A DNA stretch of 64,000 nt from Polymyxa betae A26-41 (lineage: Eukaryota > Protista > Endomyxa: Phytomyxea): positions 62,001-126,000 of the forward strand of contig RBZT01000313.1 in the NCBI GenBank assembly GCA_003693705.1, written 5' to 3'. Below are positions 1-12,862 of the stretch, piece after piece. The notes under the pieces are model-generated. The model had not been told where the DNA came from. It made no database searches and was given only the letters and a program-made list of their open reading frames with translations. The position numbers and the translations under genes were made by a program. How positions within the stretch are numbered: position 1 is the first letter of the stretch; every line of letters begins with the position of its first letter.

Positions 1-1
1 T

Positions 2-663
2 GTAGGACCCCGAGATGATGATCTTTTCCCATTATCAGCAAAACAGAACATCTGTGTTCGTTGTGGGCAACAAAACAATCTGCTCCGAGCCTATGTTGTT
101 CCCCATTGTTATCGTCGTGAATTCCCCAAGAAGTTCTCTTCGCATCAATCACACGATATCACTCTGCTTTGTGTCTCGTGCTATGAAATTTGGGCCCAGG
201 CCCATGCTGCCCTTCGAAATCAGATCTCTACCGAGTTTGTCGTTCCAATTGATGGTGTTCGTGTGGGTCAGGCACCTGACCAGAAACGCATTCAGATAGT
301 GCAGACAGCGCGAACTTTGCTAAAATATCGAACAATCCCGCAAGATAAGAGGAAACAGCTTCTCAGGTATATATTGTAATCGATTTTAAACAAGAGGCTG
401 GAATTAGCATGAATAGGACGGTTGCTGATTATAATGGATGGCAAGAGTTACCAAGTGACCAGATGCTCATCGACTTCGCTGATTCGGAAAGTACTGATGA
501 TAATCGGCCGCTGATTCCGCATGGGCGATTAGTGATTCAAGCGGTAGCCGATCTGCCTGAATTTATCCGACGATGGCGAACCCATTTTGTGGAGAGTTTA
601 CAGCCGAAATATCTGCCAGAACACTGGAATGTGGATTATGGTCTGACTGAAGAAACCCATTGA
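2..663 (+). CDS. EXD2: EXD2-like exonuclease, C-terminal part (5' end outside window)
   Basis: Frame 2 reads ...NICVRCGQQNNLLRAYVVPHCYRREFPKKFSSHQSHDITLLCVSC (the EXD2 CxxCG...SHD.LLC..C region). The last exon ends RRWRTHFVESLQPKYLPEHWNVD, matching the EXD2 C-terminus. One short intron starts near 367. Confidence 0.8.
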
Positions 664-698
664 CATATTGTATCAATAAATAATTTCGATTAAAAACA

Positions 699-2338
699 TT
701 ATGACGACTTCACAGACCCGACAACGATGCGATGACGTAATTGAGCAATACGTAAAGACAAAGCCACATCCATCGAGAGGAATCGATTAGCAACACGATC
801 ACAAATCTCGAAAGCATTCTAATGGACAGATGAGCAAGCAGGAAAATGACAGCAAATCGTTCCCGAACCTTCTGTTGTTTTGAGATATTGGTAAATAAGA
901 TCTGTCGTTCAGCATCGATTTTGGCCTGAATGACGCCTTTCTGAATCAGCCTAACTAAGACCGATTGAATATTTTCAATAGACTAAACAGTCAGGTGAGT
1001 TGTTTCATCAAACAAGTTGCAGATGGAGCACCTCTTGAAAAGCAGAGCTCATCCGTTTCAGACAAATCGATTGATACGGCGAGATGTAAATACAAAAAGC
1101 CGATTCTTGAATAGCATCAAATGCCGCTCTGCTTACCGATCCTGTGAAACTCAGCGGTCAGTATCGGTCCAATCTGTCCCAATGAAAATGACACTTTTGA
1201 AGTATGGATCACCAACAAGATATGTATCTGCAATACGTTCCATATGGCGAAACGACGAGTGAAATTGCGAGTTGCATAAATCGACGAAGGCTTGCTTAGA
1301 ATCAGGACACAGATCCAGAGCCTATCAATATTGAAGATGGCAAAACAAGGGTAAACACGGCGCTGATTCCAACCGATTTGAAATGTTCATGGTTCAGTAA
1401 CTGTTTCAGTTGATTACGATTATGGCTGGCCAAGACACAGATCACCATATATCGAACTAGATCTATGGTACAAAACAATGGCGGGTAATCAGGAAATGAC
1501 CCGATCTATGCCGAAACAATTCATAAACATTGCCATGAAAATAAGAGAGCAGAATTACAGATAGAAGCGTTTCAGCAGCTTCATAAAACTGCATCTGTCT
1601 AATCTGAACAACGGCAAGGGCGCCTTTAAGGATGGCAACCTCAGATGGATGTTGTTCAGAGCCTATAGCAATGTGAACCTCAACGTACATGAGAAGTCAC
1701 ATGATCAACATACCTTTGTTGGAAATGGCGCGCACCACTTCAGGACGAACATGTTGAGCGACGTTTGAATGAGTCGAGTAGATGTTTTCAGCAACAACAG
1801 CAATAGATAATTTCAGCTTATCCAGAGGTTCAGATGTGAGCTCATTGATCTCTAGAAGCTTGATCAGAGACATCTTATGATCTCCAATTGTTTCAGATTG
1901 CAATCTTGAATGATTCCATAATGCATTCTAAACAGCGTAATTACAGGCTATACGGGCAGATAACGGTCAAAATACTCGAATTTTCTCAGGGTCTTGCGTG
2001 AGTTTGGCATTATACAGCATTCTGTCAGCATGATCAATAGCACGGGTCTGCTCAGATGCCGCTTTCTTAATCCATTCCTCCGATTCCTAGCTCAGTGTGA
2101 ATTAATAATGTCAGCGGGTAAAGAGAATCTATACAGGGCTTAACGGAGACTCGATCTGTTTCAATACCGTTGTATTGATAGTTTTGCTTTTAATAAGCGC
2201 CACCAGATACGATTTGGCTGCATCGCGCTCATGCGGGAAATCGAGCAGCTCAATCAAACGAGCGATCAGGGTAGGCCCAGAATATGCCTGAACGATCCGG
2301 CTTAGAGCAGGCGTCAAGGTCTGATTGCCTGGCGACAT
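699..2338 (-). CDS. Divergent PCI-domain protein, COP9 signalosome subunit 1 (CSN1/GPS1)-like; multi-exon
   Basis: Manual splicing gives N-terminal QAYSGPTLIARL (cf. CSN1 NYSG.TRI.RL), then IYISPYQSICLKRMSSAF (cf. QYFSPY.S.DM..MA.AF) and LIQKGVIQAKIDAERQIL (PCI winged helix LI..G.I.ARID). The final exon ...LSLRIAQLRHRIVVGSVKSS* ends at 699. Confidence 0.7.
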
Positions 2339-2531
2339 TGGAACGAGTTCAATGAACTACTGCGTTGTATACCGGCATTAACACTCCGATAGGGCAATGG
2401 ACATCAACACATCAGCATTTAGTAGTAATAAATCAATGTATTCACATAACTTCATATTCTATATCACCTCCATCGGGATTTTTCTTGATGGCAAATCATC
2501 ATTATTATGGTATGATGCGATGGCTACTAGG

Positions 2532-5500
2532 CTATTTATTATCCTGATATTCTCTAGCAATCGCCTCCCAATTATTCCTGTTGGCGTCCATGTTGTCCAT
2601 GGCAAACGAGAGTTCAGGAAGGAAATCGTTCATTGCTTTCCAGATCGGTCGAACGACATAGTTAATAAAATTGATTTGTAAGTTGGCTAGCGATTCACGA
2701 GATGTGTTCAACATGAACGCTGCATATGGCAGATTCATTTCTTTCTCTCTTTTAGCCTTCAAATTCACTTAATGAAATGCACCAGACCACAACATGCAAT
2801 CCAAAACCTGTTGGTAGAATTCTTGCTGAATAAGATCAGCCCATCTTACACTCAGCTGTATAGGGAGAACTGGGTTTCCTATATCGCTGCAATGTAAGAT
2901 ATTATTAACCATCAACTGCCGATCAAATGGATTGTTCCTGTTCAGTTTCATGCTGGCATTAGACTGAAGTAACAAACTCAGGGTTGAGAAAATCCCATTT
3001 CGGTCATCTACCCTATTAATTAACGCTTCCAGCATGGTCTTATGCTGGCTCATGTCAGTATGCAAAATCCCTTCGACAATGGATTTTCTCAAAATCTGAC
3101 GATCTTGTTTTGATAGGCCTGACAAGATATCCGTCTCTTGCTTTCGAAGCAACTGGCATAATGTTGCGGCGTGGTGGTTCTCCAAAACGGAAACGTCGTT
3201 ATATCGGATCGATAATTCGTCTTCCCTGAATAACCGTCAATAGCAGAAAAATACAGTCGAACAATGATCATTACGAATTAATTAGAAAGTCGTTATTCAT
3301 TCCAGGATGCCCAAGATCGTGACCAAGTGCTGCAGTGATCAATGCCAATATATCCGCCCCAGTTAAAATTGTTTTAGCAGACGTCGTTGTTATGAATAAG
3401 AAGCACATATGCATAACAGAAAATGCATGTCTAAAGTTGTGGTAAGGGTTGTCAAAATACATGCTTCGTAGCTGGAAAAGAAAGTTTCTTAGCGTGCTCC
3501 TTGGTATCCTGAACGATTGCGTCAGCTCTAAAATGTCATAAATATTTTCACATAGCCCTAAGTGAACGTTAGTTTCGATTCAAAACTTGTCAGCTGCCAG
3601 TAAGCGTCTTTACCTAGCAGCTCATCAAGCGAATGACTGAAGACATCAAAATTCCAATCACACAATTCGCTCTGTGTTGCTTGAGAAGACGATAAAGGCC
3701 ACTCGATAGCGTCAGATCGAGAATTGATTTGCCTTCATCATAATTAAATTGTCGAAAGTACAATGAGAAATGTTACCTTCTGGCCTGCCCGTTGATAAAC
3801 TGGCTGATGTAATCTTTCATGTGCGACTTGTTACCACTCATATCCATGGCCTGTTGGAACGAGCTCTCCTGTGCCTTCCTTTGCAAAGCGCTCGCAATTT
3901 CACGAGCAAACGTCTAGGACATTGTCAACCTTGAGTGAGCTTCGACATCGTACAACGAACCTGCATTATATCGAGATCGGAATCTTCAAATTGAACCTGA
4001 TGATCAACGCAAGGAACCCGATCGCACAAGGCACAATGCTTATTTATACATTGTATAACAGCAACTGGCTTTCCTCTGAAATTAGAAACCTATTACAGCC
4101 AATAGGTTAATTATATTGGGTAGGAAAACGTGCATTCTTACAGGCACGCATAACACTGTTTTTGTCAGATAATTGCTTTGCTTATCTAAAGCGGCGCTGA
4201 AGCGCTCATCTTTGTAGGCGTCTACAATGTTAAGACTCTGGCCAGATGCTGCAACGAAGCCAGATATGCCTGAGACGTGTGTAATCAAAAGGAACATAAA
4301 AGTAATAAATTCTAGAACCTTTGCCAACTGGAAAACGAAATCCAGTAGCCTCTGCATCTTTAGAGATTTTAAACCAGAGCTCATTCGTAGATGGATCAAT
4401 CATGAAGAGTGAAACACGATCACAGCGAACCACCCTATAAGATGCCTCGACAACCTGATCAGAGTCAGTTTACGATTGCTGCGTCATTACGCGATCGATC
4501 TACTTTGGATATGATTTGATCCACATCCTCGTTCGTATGAACTGTTTTAACAATTTCCATGATGGCTTCATTTCGTTCTTGCCGTTTCTTCTCCTCTTGA
4601 AATCTGTTGTGTTTTGAGTCAGAACGTAAGGATTGGATTATTCAAATAGTATATACTTCAGAGTAGTTACAAGGATGATAGCAGCTTGACGCGTAATCTG
4701 CTTAAGAATTTCTTCATCAGCGAGACTAAATGAGTCCCCCCGTTTGTTGAAGCATTGCACAAATCCAAGCAAGGACTGTGCAGCATCGTCCATTATAGGG
4801 ACAACTATCATCGATCGCACCTTAACAGCTCCGTATTCGCAAGGTAGCAATTCTGTTATTTGTCAGATAGACAATCAATGAAAGTCTTACACGCACCGGA
4901 TAGGTTTGGATCATTATCCACAAATCTCAGTCTCTTGATTTCTGGTTTCTGGGCAATGCGACCAACGCTGCCTTCCCCTGCTTTTATACTAAAGCCTTTT
5001 CCTAAATCGGCGAAGTCAAAATCTGGTCTCGAGTATGTAGTGTGTTTACTTGAAGGACGGTCGCTCCCGAGACATTCGATTGTATTCTTCTTCTTGTCGA
5101 ATGTATAAATGTTAACTAGCTCGGCGTCCAGAATATCATATGTTACATCTTCAATCTTCATTAATGCCGCTCTAAGATATGATTAGTCAAACTCATTAGC
5201 TCAAATGTCATTGATTTGCCTCGTTTCGGTTTGGCGACCCAGATCCTGTGATATACTGACAATTTTTTGATACAAGCGAAGTACCTACTGCAGTTAAAAC
5301 TAGAGATTCGTGCCAACGCGATAAGCGTACCCGAAAGAGTTGGCGAGAAACACCAACCTTATTCTGGTTGTTATTAAGGCTTAGAAATCGGACAAACATT
5401 GTTTTTGTCAGTGTTCCCCTTAACATCCTTGTTGAAATATAATCAAACACATCTTCCACAGAGGGTTGATTGACAGTGATCTGATGATCCGATTGCTTAT

Positions 5501-6114
5501 CATTGGTAGAATCCTCTCGAAGGGTTTTGCATGAACTGGGGCTTACCAATGGCAACCCAGATGCTGCTGAGAAAATGCTTGGTCGTTTTTCTTGAAATAA
5601 ATCGCTTACTATGGATTTGAACTCATCAGATCCCTGGTAAGAAAGTACAATTAATTACTGAGAAATTAATAATCATGAAACGACTAGTATCATGAAAGAC
5701 GTTTTTCTGAATGGGAGAAATGTGACTGACAGATGCAGTAGCTCCCGATTGCTGTTTGAGCTCAGCGATTTCTTGACGCTGTTGTTCAACCTGACGTTGT
5801 AACTCGGCAACAGGAGCCTCGACAATTTTGCAATCACTTTCGTGTTCGAATAGTTTAGATAAAATTGGATAACCGGATACTGAAGATTCAAACGCCAGCC
5901 GCCGAGCCTTGCTTGACTCAGAATCGATGGGAGCCTTCGAGTTTAATTGCTTTTCGATGTATTCTAACGAAGATTTCAACTGCGATTCATAATCACGACA
6001 TTCTGTTAACGCTGAGGTAACTCGTCGTCGCCGTAATTCCTAGGTATATTTAGCAGTACGAACTATCAAACATCTGCTAATGCTAACCAAAAGCTCGGCG
6101 GCGGTACCGTCCAT
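2532..6114 (-). CDS. Class I cyclic-nucleotide phosphodiesterase with N-terminal coiled coil and tandem GAF domains; multi-exon
   Basis: Catalytic motifs PYHNFRHA, HDLGHPG, LENHH, HTDM, HCSDIGNP, EFYQQ, QINFI. GAF motifs CFNKRGDSFSLADE and DAYKDERF..ALDKQSNYLTKTVLCVP. The start at 6114 (MDGTAAEL) is tentative. Confidence 0.92.
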
Positions 6115-6532
6115 AAACCTGGCCCGGCGACACTATCCGAATTTATATACAAGGTATGTTGCAGGGGCGTTGCGGGATCAAAATATCCATCAGAGACCGT
6201 ACATAACAATCTCGAACATATCTACCACAGTTATGAATGGAATTCAAAACGAATTCGTTTAATGAGGATTCCTCGCAATCGTCTATCTGTCTCTCGCGAC
6301 TTGTAGCGTAACACTCTGTAGCGATGTTGACAGCATTAGGGTTTACAGTGCTCATAATTAGATTGATTGGAGCCCTCTTTATTGACAAATGGCAAACTTA
6401 TAGAGACTGAAAGACCAGTCAAATGACTGGGTCCAATTAGAAATCACTGGAAAATGAAGCGTAATCCCAGTGTCTCGTGATTGTGACGTAGGATCCCCCA
6501 CGGCCCTCTCATTGACCACTGCTCATTTATCA

Positions 6533-8206
6533 ATGCTGTTGCGAGTTAAGCGTCGCCTGGCTCATGCATTATCGAGACGGAATGTTTCGATTCTGCAGAT
6601 CGGGCCACGACCGAAGATCAACGTCGAGGAAATTGTGAAGAACGCCGATCGGGTTGCTGTCAATGCACAACAGCGCAAGGTGTCCGGGATCGAACCTCAG
6701 CGGATCGTAGGCTTGGCAAAAGAACATCACGAAATGATAACTGCTCGGCAAAAACTCGAACAAAAACGTAATGTTTTGTCCAAGAACCTCAATGCCAGTT
6801 CCAGGTGGTTTGAGTAAAAGCACGGATTCAGATTTCTTATACCGCTTGTAAATAGCGACTCTGAATTAGAAGAAGCACGAGAACTGAAGAGGCAAGTCCA
6901 GCACATTCGTCAACTTGAGCACCGGGTCGAGGATTTGCTCTTTGAAGAATGTATCAAGGTTCCTAATTGGACACATAACTTTACACCGATCGGTAGCGAA
7001 GATTGTGCACGTGTTTTCAAAGTGATTGGTTCTCGGAAGGCCTTTGAGCCAAACCTTACTGCATTATGCCATGTTGAATTGGGCAAAAAGTTAGATTGGT
7101 TTGATTTCGAATCGGCTTCTAACGCCAGGTTTGTTCTGCAAACAGATTCTGGAAATGCAAACCTGACATTCTCATTTACAGTGGAAGTCGATCTGTATTT
7201 TTAAGAAACGAAGCTGTTCTTCTTGAACAAGCTCTGATCATGTGGACATTACAGGTGTGTGAAGAATACTCAATATGGCCTCTTATCACTCATTTGCTTA
7301 CTTTTCTAGGAGTGCATCAAGAATGGTTTCGTTGCGATCGCTCCACCTTCTTTAGTGCATGAGCATTCTCTGGAAAGGTGTGGGTTTTTTCCCAGACAGC
7401 ATGGTCAAGATCCGCCTCTGTTTCGCATCGAGGGATCCGATTTGTGTCTATCCGGAACATCTGAGGTGCTATTAGCTATGACCCTTTATGACAAAATAAT
7501 CGGTAGGAGCCTCTTAAACGGTGATGTTGTGATAGACCTGACATAAAATTTCCAGCTTCGAAAGACCTTCCTTTGAAATATGTTGGGATCAACCCATGTT
7601 TTAGAACCGAGTTAGGAAGTGGAGCTGCATCCAGGGGTATTTACAGGCTGCACCAATTCAATAAAGTGGAGCTGTTTGGAGCTTGCGAACTTGCGGATGC
7701 CGACGCTCTTCATATGGAAGTTGTCGACCTGCAGGTTCTCCACTCAACATTTGCTTGTAGAATTCCGTTGATCCCAGTTATTATAGGTACATCTCTGCAC
7801 ACAGCTTGGGTTGCATTGCCGACTGCTAGAAATGCCGAGTGAAGAATTAGGTGCATCTGCATTCCGTAAATTAGATATGGAAGCATGGATGCCAGGAAAG
7901 GCACGGGATGCTTATGGGGAGATTATGAGCGCTTCGAACTGTACCGATTACCAAAGTAGGAGGTTAAATGCCCGTATAAAGAATCCCGACGAAGCCCGGC
8001 GGTTTGTAGCAACTGTTAATGGCACAGCTTGTGCCATTCCTCGAATGATCATTGCTATAATGGAACAATTTCAGGTAGCAAACTCACTTGATTTATTAGC
8101 ATCGCCTGATCTACTCGGTTAGAATGATTTAGGTGTTGTCATTCCGCAAGTGCTACGACCTTACATGGGAGGAATCGAGATGGTTCGATTCCGGACGCGG
8201 ACATAG
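6533..8206 (+). CDS. SARS2: Seryl-tRNA synthetase, mitochondrial type; multi-exon
   Basis: Basic presequence [16 protein letters not shown]. Motifs [57 protein letters not shown] and [11 protein letters not shown]. Confidence 0.95.
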
Positions 8207-8312
8207 ATATTGTTTTCAATATATTTACCATGTTGTTCGATGATCTGACGCGTGCCAACCGCTTTGAAATGATATGACACGTCAGAACCTATACAGTACG
8301 TTTGCAGCTGAA

Positions 8313-9973
8313 ATGAAGTCTAGTTCATTGGTTGCCGTCATCCTTGTTGCCATCTCATGTCAGGCATCAACTGACATCTTGGACCATCTCGTACCGATAC
8401 TCGTTGGAAACGGGGGCATGGGAGCTTTGCAATTTGAGGTCGACACAGCAGATACAATATCAACAGCATGCTCACAGAAATATTCGGCTTTCCAAACAGT
8501 TTGCACATTGTCAGCGGATTCCGCCAGTTGTTCCGGTACGTCCAGCTGCTTTTATAAAAGACAACGAGCATTCGCTGCCGTTGTTGCAGCATGCACAGCC
8601 TCTTCCAATCTAAATGTTCTATACGACGCTGCTCATCAGTATGTTTCTGATATGGTTTGATTACATCAAATACTTAACTGCTGTTTTTTCTGAGATTGAA
8701 TTGTTTTAGGGTCGATGTCTTAAATCCAACAATCAATACTGCTATGTCAACGGTCAAAACTTATTGGCAGGCATCGCGAACAGTACGCTCTCGGCCGATG
8801 GCACTCATCAGGTTCTCAGTAAAATTTGTACAAGCCCAGCTGGTTGCATTGGCAAGGCACTGGCCTGGAGTATCGATCCAACCGAGCGCGACGCATGTCG
8901 CTTATCAAGTGAGAACAACCAATGGTGTGCGAGGGAGCTTTTTGATCTGAAAAACCTGATTGCTTCGAAACCGAATTCGGTCCCTGATATGTCGCTTCTC
9001 TGCACACCGTGCACTCGAAGATTCGGCTACTTTCCAAAATACAAGATCGATACGTATTGCATGGTAGGGAACAAATCTCAGACTTGTTTGTATTTACTAA
9101 AAGATTGTCAGAGGACTGGCGGCTCGTTCTGTGGTGACTTGCTTGCTTCAACTTTTAACCGATCAGGAACTTTAGCGAAGACATCCCCATGCGCCGACAT
9201 GGACATCTCCTCTCCTGGGTATATTATATACTCAGCAATATCATTTGGCAGAAGCCGCTCTAAATCTTTATGCAGATCCTGTACCGATTCTTGTCGAGAC
9301 TTCTTAACTGGGGTTGTTGCTGAATCTGGTTGCTGCTTGAGTTCTGCCTTGCAGCAGGCCATCGCTGCCGCTTCATCAGACGACGCCAACCGGTTGCAGG
9401 CACAGATCGCGTATTACCAATCGGATTGCGGAATCAATATTCCAGACGCATGCGATGGGCCCGCTCAAACATCGATCTCGTTTAACATTCGTATCACAAA
9501 CTTGGCAAATCCAGGGAAAAATGCTGCTAGCCTGTGTTCTTTGATCCAAACAGAGGTCGGCGGTTGGTTCGGTGTGAGACCCAGTCGGATAAGCTGTATC
9601 TATTCCGCCAATACAGCAGGCTCTTTCCAAATCGATTTCTTCAGCAGCTCGGGCTATATTAAGGTTCGGGGATTGAACCTCATCGTTCTTCGCGACATTT
9701 TGGGGATTGATGACTTCATCGTGTTTCGCGAAATTAACGTGTTATGTTCATTAGGACGATTTGAGTTACATCCAGCAACAAAGCAGTGACGGTACTCTAC
9801 AAATGCCCCTGATTACGAGTGATTATTGGAGCGATACGACATTGGGTACAACAGTTCAGGTTAGCAATGTCGCCAGTGATAACAAATATTCGCATACAAG
9901 CCATGCCTATTCCATGTCATCAACAGTACTGCCGATTCTTATCATGATTGCTGCAATATTTGTCCTGTTCTGA
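8313..9973 (+). CDS. Secreted cysteine-rich protein with hydrophobic C-terminus (putative GPI-anchored surface protein); multi-exon
   Basis: Signal-peptide-like MKSSSLVAVILVAISCQAS. Many Cys (CTSPAGC, CTPCTRR, CTDSC...GCC). Terminal SHAYSMSSTVLPILIMIAAIFVLF* resembles a GPI signal. No family recognised. Confidence 0.7.
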
Positions 9974-10156
9974 TTGCCTTCAATCATTATGAAATATCTG
10001 TAAAGTTACAGTTCAAGCAATGTAATTATTCAACAAAAAATATTAAAATTTGGTATCTCTTGAAAAAATTTCATTCGTGTTAGTCACGGAGTCCGGGACG
10101 GATTCCGATCCAGACTCGGAACTTCAAGTTGAATTTTCACCAGCTGAAACAGGATA

Positions 10157-12841
10157 ATGGCAGGGAAGAAGAATCTTGAAAAAAAGGGCAAAAAGCCTGA
10201 AAAGCCACAGAAGGCTGCTGATGAGTCGAAGTCGATTATCACCGATAAACGATTTCAGCATGTTCATTCCGATCCGAGATTTCAAATTATGCCGAAAAAG
10301 CAGCGAAAATTACAGATCGATAAGCGATTCCAAGGGATGTTCACAGACCCAAGATTTAAGACTAATTGTCAGCAAATTCCGTCTTTCACTCTGATCGTTT
10401 ATTAATTATTGAATTTAATAGATACCGTTGATAAGTATGGGCGAAAAGTCGAGACCGACACGTATGGTGATGACCTTCATCGAATGTACGATATCGAAGG
10501 CGATGACGAAGATGAACGACCGGAATCCGAGTCGGAGAACGCAATCGAAGATCCCGATCGCGATGTGTCGCGAGTCGGATTCGACGTAGATTCTTCGGAC
10601 GACGAATCATCAGACGACGACGAAGTCGAGGTCGACTCTGCAGCTGCCGCCAAAGTCAGCCTTGGATATTGATGATCTGTTGCATCTCTCTCTAAGATGG
10701 GTTTTAGAGCACCGAGCCAGAAGAAGACATCCCCATGGGTGACGAGACACCTCGATTCGCGGTCGTCAACCTGGAATGGGATCGCCTTCGTGCTGTTGAC
10801 CTTTTGGTCTTATTCCAGTATGACTCGATGCAGTTGACATCGTTGCAATTGTCTTTGACAAATTCCTCAGGTCATTTGCTGCTGATACCGGATTCGTCAA
10901 AAACGTCTCGATCTATTCATCCGAGTATGGGCGCGAAATGATGAAGAAAGAACAAGAATCCGTACGTCGTACTGGCCGCTCTCGAATATAACATAAAAAG
11001 TGATTACTGCAGGGCCCGCAAGATATTTGGAAGAACAAAGACGATGATGATAACGATGATGGTAGTGAGAGTTCCGAACGTGATAGTGACGATGATGGAG
11101 GTTTGATATTGTTTGAATAGATCGATATCTGTAATGTTTATAATGGTTTTAGATCTGGATATGGAACGGGTCCGAAATTACGAGAAGCAGAAGCTGAAAT
11201 ACTATTTCGCTGTTGTGACTTGTTCATCGGTGGAATGCGCTGCCCATCTCTATTCACAATGCGACGGCAACGAATTCGAACAGACGTCGAATATGCTCGA
11301 TCTGCGATTCATTCCCGATGATCAACAGTTTTCTGAAGAACATCTCAGGTTCGTTCTACATTCTAGTCAGTATTGCAGAATTGGATGTTGACAGTTACTG
11401 CAGGGATTCTGCTCATGAAGTCCCTTCAAACTATACACCGACTGAATTCTACACATCATCCTTGAAGCATACAAATATGAAATGCACCTGGGATGCCGAA
11501 GACCCTAATCGTAAAGACTTTTTTCAGCGCAGAATCTCGAACCTGAAACCCGACGATCGCGACATTGAAGTTGGAATGAAATGGTTTTGAGAGAATTCAG
11601 CAATAACGGAATGGGTTTAGGTGTACCTGGCTCCTGCTGAAAGTGACGCTGAAGGCAGCGATTTCGTCATTTCTGCTGATGAATCCGATGGTGAAGGCAA
11701 CAAGGTCGTTCTGAAGAAAAGGGCAAGAAGTCGTTATTTGGCGTTGCTTGAAGGTGATTGATATCGTCATTGACAATTTGTAGCTGTTCTAAAAAGGCTT
11801 TAGAAATCAATGCTAAAGCCGATGGGAATGATGCCGATAAACAGATGGGTGACATCACTATCTCATTTGAGCCAGGTCTCAGCAACGCAGGACAAGCCAT
11901 TTTGGACGCTAAGAAGAAAAAGGAACAGATCGCTAATGAGACGGTCTGGGAGGCCAGACAGCGTAAACGAAAAGAGAAAAAAATGTCTGTTGGCAATTTG
12001 AGGATATCCGAGAATTGGAACTGAGTCTCTGTTAACAGGCAAAAGAAATCCGATCTGGTTGAAGAGGCTGGTGTCGACCAACTTACCAAAGATGAAATGG
12101 ACGATCCATTCTTCCGCGACGCCTTCAAGGATGACCATTATGTCGAACAGACCAAGACGAAATCAAAGAAATCAGCAGTGAAGCTAACTCCTGAACAGGT
12201 CACTTGTGTTTGATTGATGATATCGTGTCTAGCGACCAATGGTGTTAACTTGACCGATTAGGCTGAGGAGGAGGACAGGAAGAGAGCTGAATTAGAGCTT
12301 CTGGTGATGGATGAAGGCAGAGACAATGCCACCGATGCTCTACATCGTAATAAGGGTTATAACCTTCAGCAGCTCGTTGAGGCTCATGAAGGCAAGGGCA
12401 AACGCAAGAAGAAATCTCATAAGCGTGACGACATTGCTAATGACGACGGATTGCTTGTCGAAGGTGATTTCTGCTTGCTCGTTGCTACTGATATTTGGAC
12501 TGAAACCATTTGCTGCAGGAAACGGCGGCGCTGAACTCAATGTCAATAACATTATTGAGGATAAGCGATTCGGAGCAATCTTCGAGAAAGAAGAGTTCGC
12601 TATCGACCCAACAGATCCTGCCTTTAAGAACACTGAGGTCATGGCAAAGCTGCAGCAAGTTCGGCAAAAGATCCGCAAAGAGAAGAACGCCAAAACAGAG
12701 GAATCTGTGCGAGAAAGGAAGCGAAAGGCGTTGGAAGGTGACCTGAAAGAATCGGAACAACAGAAACCTGGCAAAGTAGATACGGCAACTCTGGTTCGCA
12801 AGTTAAAGAGCAACGCCATGAAAAGGAAGAAACAAAATTAA
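10157..12841 (+). CDS. ESF1: Pre-rRNA processing protein ESF1 (NUC153 domain); multi-exon
   Basis: DKRFQHVHSDPRF...IDKRFQGMF, VDKYGR, RFAVVNLEWD, KLKYYFAVV...CDGNEFE..SNMLDLRFIPDD, TWDAED, and DKRFGAIFEKEEFAIDPTDPAFK. Confidence 0.95.
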
Positions 12842-12862
12842 ATTATACCAATGACAAGCGAT

